A stretch of DNA of 64,000 bases from Armatimonadota bacterium (GTDB lineage Bacteria; Armatimonadota; Fimbriimonadia; Fimbriimonadales; GBS-DC): contig JBBIJY010000011.1 of the NCBI GenBank assembly GCA_037445735.1, positions 1 to 64,000 on the forward strand, in the 5' to 3' direction. Under the pieces are notes generated by a model. It was not told the origin of the DNA and made no database searches. It saw only the letters and a list, made by a program, of their open reading frames with translations. This document shows positions 28,539 through 36,841 of this stretch, in pieces. The translations under genes and the position numbers were made by a program. Position 1 is the first letter of the stretch, and every line of letters begins with the position of its first letter.

Positions 28539-29003
28539 ATGAGACGATTTCGGTTCCGACTGGAGCGGGTCTTGCAGTATCGGCAGACGCAGGAGGAGAT
28601 GGCGCTGCGGGCGTTGCGCACGGCTATCCAGCGGCGTCAGGAGCTGGAGCGCGCGATGGCGCGCGTGCGCCAGCGCATCCAGCAACTCAGCCAGCTCGCG
28701 CTGGCGCCCGAGGAGTGGCTGCGCCGCGAGCAGGCAATCGGCGCGTTGCAGGCGCGACTGAACACGCTGGAGGAGACGCTGCCCCTGCTGATAGAGCAGG
28801 AACAGCAGGCGCGCGCGGCTTATCTTCAGGCTCGCCAGCGGCGCGAATCGCTCGCACGCCTGCGTGCGCGCGCACTCGACCATTTCCAGCAGGAGCTGAG
28901 CCGAATCTTACAGCGAGAGACGGACGAGGTGGTTGTCTATGCGTATCAGCGAAGCGTTCCAGCGGACCCTCCAGCGCGTTCAGGAGATACAGGCGCGGAT
29001 TGA
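28539..29003 (+). CDS. fliJ: Flagellar export protein FliJ
   Basis: [12 protein letters not shown] start, coiled coil, late DE motif; follows fliI. Confidence 0.85.
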   Translation: MRRFRFRLERVLQYRQTQEEMALRALRTAIQRRQELERAMARVRQRIQQLSQLALAPEEWLRREQAIGALQARLNTLEETLPLLIEQEQQARAAYLQARQRRESLARLRARALDHFQQELSRILQRETDEVVVYAYQRSVPADPPARSGDTGAD

Positions 29004-29484
29004 GCAGCTGCGCGGGACGCACCCCGCGCCAGCGGCGAAGTTCTCCGACATGCCGGTGGCACCCGTCGGCTTCCCTGAAGGGGGCACGCCGCCGCCCGGC
29101 ATGCGCCTGATCAGTCCTGCAGTTGCCCGCTGGGAGCCTGTGGTCGCACCCATCGCAGCAAAATACGGCATCGAGACCGAATGGGTGCTGCGCATTATTG
29201 AAGCCGAGTCGGGCGGCAACCCGAACGCGGTCTCGCCTGAAGGCGCGATCGGGCTGATGCAGTTGATGCCCGCCACGGCGCGTGCGCTCGGCGTCCAGAA
29301 CCCCTACGATCCCGTGCAGAACATCGAGGGTGGCGTGCGCTATCTGCGCCACCTGCTGGATCGCTTTGGCGACCTGCGCCTGGCGTTAGCCGCCTATAAT
29401 GCGGGTCCGGGCGCAGTGGAGCGCTACGGTGGCGTGCCGCCCTACCCCGAAACCCAGCGGTATATTCGGCGCATTCTGGGCTAA
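28939..29484 (+). CDS. Lytic transglycosylase (SLT domain)
   Basis: [37 protein letters not shown]. Confidence 0.93.
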   Translation: MRISEAFQRTLQRVQEIQARIEQLRGTHPAPAAKFSDMPVAPVGFPEGGTPPPGMRLISPAVARWEPVVAPIAAKYGIETEWVLRIIEAESGGNPNAVSPEGAIGLMQLMPATARALGVQNPYDPVQNIEGGVRYLRHLLDRFGDLRLALAAYNAGPGAVERYGGVPPYPETQRYIRRILG

Positions 29485-29756
29485 CCGCCCCAGCGAAAGT
29501 AGCGATACATCACATAGAGCAGGTACACGCCGCTCACAAACGCCAGCACGAACACGCCGATCAGCCAGCGAGCGTTATCCGCAAAGAGCAGGCTGAACAG
29601 CAACACGAAGTAGAGTAGGGCAGTAACACCCATCGTGATGAACAGCTGGCGCGAGTGAGGGTTGGGCGGGCGTACCGTGTTGTGGCACACGGGGCACTCG
29701 GTCGTTTCAGGTGCATCGGCATCCAGTTCCGCCCCACAGTATGGACATCGGCGCAT
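29481..29756 (-). CDS. Small zinc-ribbon membrane protein
   Basis: CPYC...CPVC followed by two TM helices. Confidence 0.7.
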   Translation of the reverse strand: MRRCPYCGAELDADAPETTECPVCHNTVRPPNPHSRQLFITMGVTALLYFVLLFSLLFADNARWLIGVFVLAFVSGVYLLYVMYRYFRWGG

Positions 29757-29774
29757 TGCAGCCGATCCTTCGCC

Positions 29775-30626
29775 TTATGGCCAGTCGTGGTACACCGCGG
29801 CGATTTCGCGTGTGAGCGGGCGGGCGCGCTCCTCGATAGCGTGCCGCTGCTCTTCGCTGAGCGGCTTGAACTCGCAGGCTGCCTGCACCAGCTGGCGCAG
29901 CTGCTCGCGGCTGCCCGGCACAATCACCGCTGTGTGAACTGGATAGCTGAGCGCGTAGTTGAACGCTTCCTGCACGCTCAGGCGGTTCGCGCCGACCAGC
30001 CGCCCGATGCCCATCACCTTCATCACGGCGAGACCCACCCTGTGCTTCTGCGCCACAGGCAGGAAATGGCGAATGAACGACCGCGCATGGTGGGCTTCCG
30101 TCGGATTGAGCGGGAACAGCACCATATCGAAGGGGAACCGCTCCAGCATCTGGATCAGCACCTGCGGGTCGTTGTGCCCCGATACGCCGATGAAGCGCAC
30201 TGTCTTCTGCTGTTTCGCCTTCTCGAAGGCACGAATCGCGCCGTTGCTGGCGAACAGCCGCTCCACATCTGTCGGGTAGGACACATGGTGGACAATCCAC
30301 TGGTCGAGGTGGTCGGTGCGCAGGCGTTTGAGGCTGTTTTCGAGGTCGCGCATGGCGCCGTCATAGTCGCGCTTGTCGCTCTTGGTGCTGAGGTAAACGC
30401 GCTCGCGCCGTCCCTGGATTGCCTCTCCGAAGATGTCCTCACTGGCGCGATAGACGGTCGCCGTGTCCAGATAGTAGATGCCCGCGTCGATGGCGTCCTG
30501 AATAATCGCGATAGCCTCTTTGCGGTTGCTGGGGTCTGCCAGCGCCCATGCGCCGCCCAGTGAGAGGATGGGCATCTGCACGCCCGTTCTGCCAAAAGCC
30601 CGTTTCGGGATGGCTTTCTGCGTCAT
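29775..30626 (-). CDS. Aldo/keto reductase
   Basis: GRTG, YLDTATVY, LSTK, SLKRLRTDHLD, RFIGVSGH. Confidence 0.92.
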   Translation of the reverse strand: MTQKAIPKRAFGRTGVQMPILSLGGAWALADPSNRKEAIAIIQDAIDAGIYYLDTATVYRASEDIFGEAIQGRRERVYLSTKSDKRDYDGAMRDLENSLKRLRTDHLDQWIVHHVSYPTDVERLFASNGAIRAFEKAKQQKTVRFIGVSGHNDPQVLIQMLERFPFDMVLFPLNPTEAHHARSFIRHFLPVAQKHRVGLAVMKVMGIGRLVGANRLSVQEAFNYALSYPVHTAVIVPGSREQLRQLVQAACEFKPLSEEQRHAIEERARPLTREIAAVYHDWP

Positions 30627-32101
30627 TTCGAATCACCCTCTCGCAGCGATTTGCCATGCTCTATCTGTTTCCAGTAAGTTTCGAAGTCGAAGCCGGGGCT
30701 GTGGGCGGGCACATGGCACTGCATGCAGGATTGTGAGCCAGCCTTGCCCAGCTTATTGTTGAGCGGGTCCTGCACATGCTTGCGGGCGGGACCGTGGCAG
30801 CTCTCGCAGCCGACATCTTTGAGCTGGGGCGTCTTTTCGAGGCTGACGAAGCCGCCCTCGAACTCCAGCCCGACCACATGGCAGACGACGCATTCGGGGT
30901 CTTTGTGGTGCTTCTCGTCGATGAGGGTCTGCATCGCCTTAGCGTGTTTACTGCGCTCCCAGATTCGGTAGTCTTCGGCGTGGCAGGGTCGGCAGGCGCG
31001 GCTGCCCGCGAAGGTGTCGCCGTTGAGCGTGGGTCGGCGCGGCAGCTGGGTGAGCAGCCCTTCGGCATCGACCCGCGCCAGATAGCCCAGCTTGATTTGC
31101 AGCTGGTCGGGGTCGTCTTTATAGTCTTCGGTCAGGCGGATGTGGTCGATTCGGGCGATGGTGACTGCCTCCTCACCCGAAGCGACCCCCTCACCCGTAC
31201 CCTCTACCCCACCGGGGGAGAGGGGGTTTTGTTGCTCATCGCCCTTCCGGGTGGAGGGTACGGATGGGGGGTTCAGGTACGCCAGTCCGACGAACTTGGC
31301 GTCGTTGCCGCTGAACACGAGGCGCGTGCGCCCAATCTGCTGGGGTGGGGTCGGTCCGTCGCCGTTATGCGCGTAGACGATGAGGTCGAAATAGGGGTGT
31401 CGCTCGGCGATTTGCTGGGCTTCCTGCAGGCTGCCGTGCCAGAGCAGGATACGCAGCTCGCCCGTTGTGCGAATTTGCTCGCGCAGTTCGTCCAGCCGTT
31501 GCATGGCGGGGCGTACCTGCAGGTCGGGGTTGCGCTCGCGTATTGCGCTCGCGTACTGCTCGGAGATCAGCCCCACAACCAGAACCTTCACCCGGCGTCC
31601 TGCGTGGGGCTTCTCCACCAGTGTGAACGCCTCGAACAGGGGTTGCCCCGCGCCATCCAGCACATTGCCGCACAGCAGTTTGCCTTTGAACTGTTGCTGG
31701 AGCGCCTGCAGGTAGGGCAGTCCGAGCTTGAAGTCGTACTCGCCGAGGTTGAGCGCGTCGTAGCCCATCGCGTTCAGCATCTCAATGAGCGTTTCCGCCT
31801 TGAGTTCGTCCTGTCGCCCGCTTGCTTTGGTCAGGTCGCCGTTTTCGAGGGCGAGCAGGTTATGCTCTTTAGCAAGCTGCTTGAGCAGGGTGGCGCGACG
31901 CGGGATGCCGCCCACCATCGGCTTGCTACAGCCGCAGGGGGTCAGGTAGCCGTTGATCTCGGAGCCGAACACTATCAGGAGCGGCTTCTCGTCGGTGGAG
32001 ATGAGCGCATGGTTATGCGGGTGCGCCGCTGGGCGCCCGGATAGCGTCAGCAGCACAAGCAGTCCCAGCGGCGGCAACAGCCAGAGCCACAACGCCCGCA
32101 T
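30623..32101 (-). CDS. UshA/5'-nucleotidase-like domain fused to a tetraheme cytochrome c (c554-like)
   Basis: Signal peptide; GYLTPCGC...GGIPRR; MGYDALNLGEYDF; four CxxCH motifs (CRPCH, CVVCH, CESCH, CMQCH). Confidence 0.85.
   Translation of the reverse strand: MRALWLWLLPPLGLLVLLTLSGRPAAHPHNHALISTDEKPLLIVFGSEINGYLTPCGCSKPMVGGIPRRATLLKQLAKEHNLLALENGDLTKASGRQDELKAETLIEMLNAMGYDALNLGEYDFKLGLPYLQALQQQFKGKLLCGNVLDGAGQPLFEAFTLVEKPHAGRRVKVLVVGLISEQYASAIRERNPDLQVRPAMQRLDELREQIRTTGELRILLWHGSLQEAQQIAERHPYFDLIVYAHNGDGPTPPQQIGRTRLVFSGNDAKFVGLAYLNPPSVPSTRKGDEQQNPLSPGGVEGTGEGVASGEEAVTIARIDHIRLTEDYKDDPDQLQIKLGYLARVDAEGLLTQLPRRPTLNGDTFAGSRACRPCHAEDYRIWERSKHAKAMQTLIDEKHHKDPECVVCHVVGLEFEGGFVSLEKTPQLKDVGCESCHGPARKHVQDPLNNKLGKAGSQSCMQCHVPAHSPGFDFETYWKQIEHGKSLREGDSK
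31186..31272. repeat. Family-1 repeat, in-frame within the cytochrome gene
   Basis: CCCCCTCACCCGTACCCTCTACCCCACCGGGGGAGAGGGGG plus degenerate inverted unit GGAGGGTACGGATGGGGGG. Confidence 0.85.
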
Positions 32102-33735
32102 TACGAACCTCCTGCAACCACATTCGCCGTGAGCGTGATCTGGATGCTGGATTGCTGGGGATCGTCGGTCTCGATGGTGATTTTACGCTGGGACAGCCCT
32201 GCGGGCCAGCCACCCTTGTAGCGAATGACCAGACGGTGCTGCTTGCCGTCCTGCAGCGATTCGTGGTTCACCTCGATGGCAGGGTCATCCGCGCTGATTT
32301 TGCGAATCTGGAAGCCCTTATCGCGTCGCGCGAGGGTGACCACGCGCTCGATGGGCAGCTGGGTCTGCGGCGTGATGACCCCGAAGAACACATTGGTCGG
32401 CGTCACGATAATGCCCTTCTCGCATGCCACCATGATGTTCACCTGGGGTGTGCGCTGGGAGCTGGTGCGTACGGTCACGAAGAAGTTGCTGCGTCCTGCG
32501 GGCGCGTCCGGGTTGACAGTGATGACGACTTTCTGGTGCTTCTCATCGATGCGCTGTGCCTCCGCTCTGGCAAACGGCACGCTGGTAGTTACCTGTTGAA
32601 TCTCCAGTGGCTCGTTAGTGTTGGACACAATCTCCACTTCCTGCGTGGTGGGTTCACCCTCTTTGAGGGTGAGGGTGAGCGTGTCGCTGGGGCGCACTTC
32701 GAAGGCGGTCTTGATGTTGGCGGTCAGGCGCAGGGTCAAACTCGGCTGGTCAGGGTCGTTGGTGGTGACCTGAATGGTTTTGATCTGGGCACCGCGGAAG
32801 CCAGCGGAGCGCAGCTCGGCTTCGATCACACCCTCTTTTTTCGGCTCAATCACTCGATCGTAGTGGGGTGTGACGCAGCCGCAGCTGGGTTGCGCGGTGA
32901 TCTGGAGCGGCGCGTCGCCCTCGTTGCGCACCTTGAAGGTGAACTTGACCGTATCGCCCTGCACGATGTCGCCGAAGTCGTGTTCCGTCGGCTCAATCAC
33001 GACCCTGGGTTTGGGCAGGTAGAGCGCGACACGCCGACTGGCGTAATCGATCAGCTGACGCCGGATTTGCATCAGGTTGCGGGCGCGTTCCACCTCTTCC
33101 GGGGTGGGTGCCGTGGGCAGCTGCTCGCTGTTCCACACGGGTCCCATAATCTCGGTGTCCTTCTGCGACTCTGCCAGCCCCAGATAGGTACCGATTGCCT
33201 GCCCGACCAGATGGGCGACGGCTTTCGTCGTCTGGGGCATCTCGGTGTAGGGGATATAGGTGGCGATTCGGGCGCGCACGCGACGCTTCTCACCCTTCTG
33301 CGGGGGCAGCATCAGGCGAGCCTTGCCATGCATCAGGCGGAACTGACCCGCCGTGATCTCCGCGACATCTTCCTCAAACACAATCTGAATATCGGCGTTC
33401 GCCTCGTCGTCTGTCCACTCCAGTTTGGGGTTGCCGTTGAGGGCGGTGTTCCAGTTCTGCACCGCTTCGATAGCCGCCTGACGGAACGAGTCGCGCAGAT
33501 CGGGCGGGATAGTTGCCCAGCTGCCGTAGATGCGAATCGTGGCGGGCACATCGATGCCCTTGAGCAGGTTGAGCGCGCCGTCGAAATCGGAGCGCGTGAG
33601 CAGGTTCGCCGCCTGATAGAGCTGGTCGTTTTCGATCTTGATCGTGCCTTCGGGTGGCAGGGGCGCCTTCGGCGCGTTCTGGCTCCAGCCTGCACAGAGC
33701 AACATAAGTCCTGTCCAAAGCACGGCTCGTTTCAT
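32101..33735 (-). CDS. Secreted DUF1573 (Ig-like) repeat protein with an N-terminal metzincin-like domain
   Basis: HDFGDI...FKVRNEGDAPLQI...SCGCVT...TNDP DUF1573 signature; further Ig-like repeats. Confidence 0.8.
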   Translation of the reverse strand: MKRAVLWTGLMLLCAGWSQNAPKAPLPPEGTIKIENDQLYQAANLLTRSDFDGALNLLKGIDVPATIRIYGSWATIPPDLRDSFRQAAIEAVQNWNTALNGNPKLEWTDDEANADIQIVFEEDVAEITAGQFRLMHGKARLMLPPQKGEKRRVRARIATYIPYTEMPQTTKAVAHLVGQAIGTYLGLAESQKDTEIMGPVWNSEQLPTAPTPEEVERARNLMQIRRQLIDYASRRVALYLPKPRVVIEPTEHDFGDIVQGDTVKFTFKVRNEGDAPLQITAQPSCGCVTPHYDRVIEPKKEGVIEAELRSAGFRGAQIKTIQVTTNDPDQPSLTLRLTANIKTAFEVRPSDTLTLTLKEGEPTTQEVEIVSNTNEPLEIQQVTTSVPFARAEAQRIDEKHQKVVITVNPDAPAGRSNFFVTVRTSSQRTPQVNIMVACEKGIIVTPTNVFFGVITPQTQLPIERVVTLARRDKGFQIRKISADDPAIEVNHESLQDGKQHRLVIRYKGGWPAGLSQRKITIETDDPQQSSIQITLTANVVAGGS

Positions 33736-33820
33736 CGTTTTACACCTCCTGTTCTGACGCATGGGATGATACCCGACCTATATTATAGCCGATTTCGCCC
33801 AGCAGGTATACTGTTCGCCG

Positions 33821-34756
33821 TTGGGTCAGGCGACAGTTTCGAAAGCGGAGGCACCCAGCACGGGGCTTTTCTTGGTGCTGATCGGGTTGAATGTGCTGTG
33901 GGCAGGGGCGTATCCTGCGGCGCGCCTGGTGATGGAGACCCACCGTGCCGAGTGGGTCGCCGCGTTCCGTTTTCTCGGCGCGGCGCTGGGGCTGGGCGCG
34001 CTGCTGCTTATTCCCGCGTTCCGTCGGACGCTGGCGAATCGCTTCCCGACACGCCCGCGCGACTTCGCCTTTGCAGCAGCGCTGGGCGCGTTTGGCGTCA
34101 GCAGCTGCTTTATCTGCTACTTCTGGGGCGCGAAGCTCAGCACGGCGACCGAAGCCACGATCCTGGTGTCCACCGCGCCGCTGTTCTATGCGCTGCTGGC
34201 GCGCTGGTGGCTCAAAGAACCATTCCCACTCGGCAAGGTGCTGGGCATCGGCACAGGGCTGCTGGGCGCGTGGGTGATAGTGAACCGCGGGCTGATTTTG
34301 CAGGAGTTTTCAGGGGCGACGCTGGGCAACCTGCTGGTGCTGATGGGCGTGCTGATTGAGAGCGTCGATGTGGTGCTGGCGAAGTCGCTGGTGAATCGCT
34401 ATTCGGGCGTCGCGGTGCTGTGGATCGAATCGCTGTTTGCAGGGGTTTCGCTGACCCTGATTGGGCTGCGGGTGGCGGGTGTGCCGCCGCTCGAACTGTC
34501 GGCTGTGCAGGCGTGGGCGCTTCTGTATCTGATCGGCGTCTGCACGGTATTCGCCTTCTCCATCTGGTTCTATCTGATGGAGCGGGCGCCGATTGGCGGG
34601 ATGGGCGTGTCGATTCTGGCGCAGACGCCCGCCGCTGCCCTGATTGGCTACTTCCTGCTGGGCGAGACGCTCCATCCGACCGTGTGGGTGGGCGCGGCGT
34701 TAATCATGAGCGGCATCTGGCTCACGCTGAGGGCGCCGGGCTTTCGCGGGCGGTGA
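33821..34756 (+). CDS. DMT/EamA-family transporter
   Basis: About 10 TM helices with duplicated EamA pattern (WLKEP, LLGETL). Confidence 0.9.
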   Translation: MGQATVSKAEAPSTGLFLVLIGLNVLWAGAYPAARLVMETHRAEWVAAFRFLGAALGLGALLLIPAFRRTLANRFPTRPRDFAFAAALGAFGVSSCFICYFWGAKLSTATEATILVSTAPLFYALLARWWLKEPFPLGKVLGIGTGLLGAWVIVNRGLILQEFSGATLGNLLVLMGVLIESVDVVLAKSLVNRYSGVAVLWIESLFAGVSLTLIGLRVAGVPPLELSAVQAWALLYLIGVCTVFAFSIWFYLMERAPIGGMGVSILAQTPAAALIGYFLLGETLHPTVWVGAALIMSGIWLTLRAPGFRGR

Positions 34757-34758
34757 AG

Positions 34759-34801
34759 GTAGGGCGACGCATGTGATAGAGCGGTAGAGCGTTGCCCCTA
34801 C
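34759..34801. repeat. GTAG-type REP-like palindrome (family 2) between convergent genes
   Basis: GTAGGGCGACGC...GCGTTGCCCCTAC. Confidence 0.55.
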
Positions 34802-35673
34802 CTCAGCAGGGCGGCGATCTGCCCGGCGAGGTGCGCGTTCGCAATCAGCAGGGCGCGGTTCGCCTGCAGCGTGCGCCCCGCACTCAGTTCGCTCAGGCGC
34901 TGGAGCAGCCAGGGAGTCAGCTCGCCCCCACGAATGCCCTTCTGCCCGGCTTCCGCCTGCGCCTGCTGGAGCATCGCCTGCAGCTCGGCGGCATCGATGG
35001 CGCTGTCGGCGGGCGGCGGCTGAACGAGCAGCATGCCGCTCCCCAGCCCGATCGCCCGATGGCGCAGCCACAGCTCGGCTGCCTCCGAAGGGGTGTTGAC
35101 CGTTGCGTCGACGGGCAGCCCTGTGTGGCGCGTGTAGAAGCCGGGCATCTCGTCGGTGTTGTAGCCCGCGACGGGCACGCCCAGCGTCTCCAGCATCTCG
35201 CGGGTGGCGGGCAGGTCCAAAATTGCCTTCGCGCCCGAACAGACCACCAGCATGGGCGTCCGGGCAAGCGTGAGCAGGTCCGCGCTCACATCCCAGCGTG
35301 CGTCGCGATGCACGCCGCCGATGCCGCCCGTTGCCATCACCTGCAACGCGGGCACACGCGCCGCAATCAGCAGGGTTGCCGACACGGTGGTACCGCCTGT
35401 CCAGCCGAGCGCGATGGTCAGCGACAGGTTATGGCGGGCGATTTTGCGGGCGTTCACCTCGCGGGCGAGCCGCTCCAGCTCCGCAAGGTTCAATCCCACA
35501 ACGGGTGTGCCGTCCAGTACGCCGATGGTGGCGGGCGTCGCGCCTGCCGAGCGCACCGCCGACTCCATCGCCAGCACGGTTTCAAGATTGATGGGGCGGG
35601 GCAGCCCGTGGGTCAGCACGGCGGTCTCCAGCGCGACCGCACCTTTGCCCTCCACACGCACAGAAAGTTGCAT
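34798..35673 (-). CDS. psuG: Pseudouridine-5'-phosphate glycosidase
   Basis: VALETAVLTHGLP, GGTTVSAT, ATGGIGGVHR, SGAKAILD, TPWLL. Confidence 0.92.
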   Translation of the reverse strand: MQLSVRVEGKGAVALETAVLTHGLPRPINLETVLAMESAVRSAGATPATIGVLDGTPVVGLNLAELERLAREVNARKIARHNLSLTIALGWTGGTTVSATLLIAARVPALQVMATGGIGGVHRDARWDVSADLLTLARTPMLVVCSGAKAILDLPATREMLETLGVPVAGYNTDEMPGFYTRHTGLPVDATVNTPSEAAELWLRHRAIGLGSGMLLVQPPPADSAIDAAELQAMLQQAQAEAGQKGIRGGELTPWLLQRLSELSAGRTLQANRALLIANAHLAGQIAALLR

Positions 35674-35683
35674 GGCAGCGGCT

Positions 35684-36688
35684 CTACTGGCTGGCTTTGC
35701 TGATGGCGTCCATCTCTTCGAGGGCGCGTCCAGTGCCAATCGCGACGCAGGAGAGCGGGTCTTCCGCCACAAGCACGGGGATACCCGTCGCGCGGGAGAG
35801 CAGTTGATCGATGCCGCGCAGCAGCGCGCCCCCGCCCGTCAGCACGATCCCGCGCTCCACAATATCGGCTGCCAGTTCGGGCGGGGTCTCCTCCAGCACG
35901 GAGCGCACCTTCTCCACAATCTGGTTCACTGGCTCGGCAAGCGCGGCGCGAATCTCCTCGGAATGAACCGTGATGGTGCGGGGTAAGCCCTCCACCAGGT
36001 CGCGCCCGCGCACCTCCATCGTCAGCTCCGGCTCCAGCGGATAGGCGGAGCCAATACGGATTTTAATCTCTTCTGCCGTGCGCTCACCAATCATTAAGTT
36101 GTAAGCGGTGCGCACATGGCGCATGATAGCTTCATCCATCTTGTTGCCCGCCACGCGCAAACTGCGACTGATAACGATTCCGCCCAGTGAGATGACGGCA
36201 ATATCGGTGGTGCCACCGCCGATGTCGACCACCATGTTGCCGCCGGGCTGGCTGATGGGCAGTCCTGCGCCAATGGCGGCTGCCATCGGCTCTTCAATCA
36301 GGTGGACCTCACCTGCGCCCGCTTCGCGGGCTGCCTGAATGACGGCGCGACGCTCCACATCGGTGACGCCGGAGGGCACGCACACCAGCACACGCGGGCT
36401 GAACAGCCGCCGCTTGCCCAGCACCTTATCGAACACATACTCCAGCATCTTGAGCGTGATGGTGTAGTCGGCAATCACGCCGTTATTGAGCGGGCGTACG
36501 GCGGTGATGTTGCCCGGCGTGCGCCCCAGCATCAGGCGTGCTTCCTCACCGACCGCCAGCACCCGCCCCGATGGCTGGGCAATCGCCACCACCGACGGCT
36601 CACGCAGCACGATGCCCCGACCCCGCTGATAGACCAGCAGGTTCGCCGTGCCCAGATCGATGCCCAGTTCCGGATGCAGCCTCAGCAT
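35684..36688 (-). CDS. mreB: Rod shape-determining protein MreB
   Basis: [34 protein letters not shown]. Confidence 0.96.
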   Translation of the reverse strand: MLRLHPELGIDLGTANLLVYQRGRGIVLREPSVVAIAQPSGRVLAVGEEARLMLGRTPGNITAVRPLNNGVIADYTITLKMLEYVFDKVLGKRRLFSPRVLVCVPSGVTDVERRAVIQAAREAGAGEVHLIEEPMAAAIGAGLPISQPGGNMVVDIGGGTTDIAVISLGGIVISRSLRVAGNKMDEAIMRHVRTAYNLMIGERTAEEIKIRIGSAYPLEPELTMEVRGRDLVEGLPRTITVHSEEIRAALAEPVNQIVEKVRSVLEETPPELAADIVERGIVLTGGGALLRGIDQLLSRATGIPVLVAEDPLSCVAIGTGRALEEMDAISKASQ

Positions 36689-36841
36689 GATAGATTGGCT
36701 CTCGATTCAATCCCAACAATCGCGCTTCACAAGTATACCCCCTCCACAAAGGTGCAGGGGAGACACGGGTGTTGCATTTTTCTGCAAATTTCTGAAATTC
36801 GCGCCGTTTCGGTGCATAATGAAGGTATGGAGGTCAACACC

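Noticed and set aside
26309-29003. Injectisome-type T3SS
   Set aside because: The FliH/FliI/FliJ order with a lytic transglycosylase fits flagellar export; no needle or secretin genes
29680-29700. CPVCH as a heme-binding site
   Set aside because: It pairs with CPYC as a zinc ribbon ahead of the first TM, with no export signal
36302-36841. Extension of the fibre ORF, and a sigma54-like AGACACGGGTGTTGCA at 36761
   Set aside because: The extension overlaps mreB antisense; the motif lacks the invariant GG at -24
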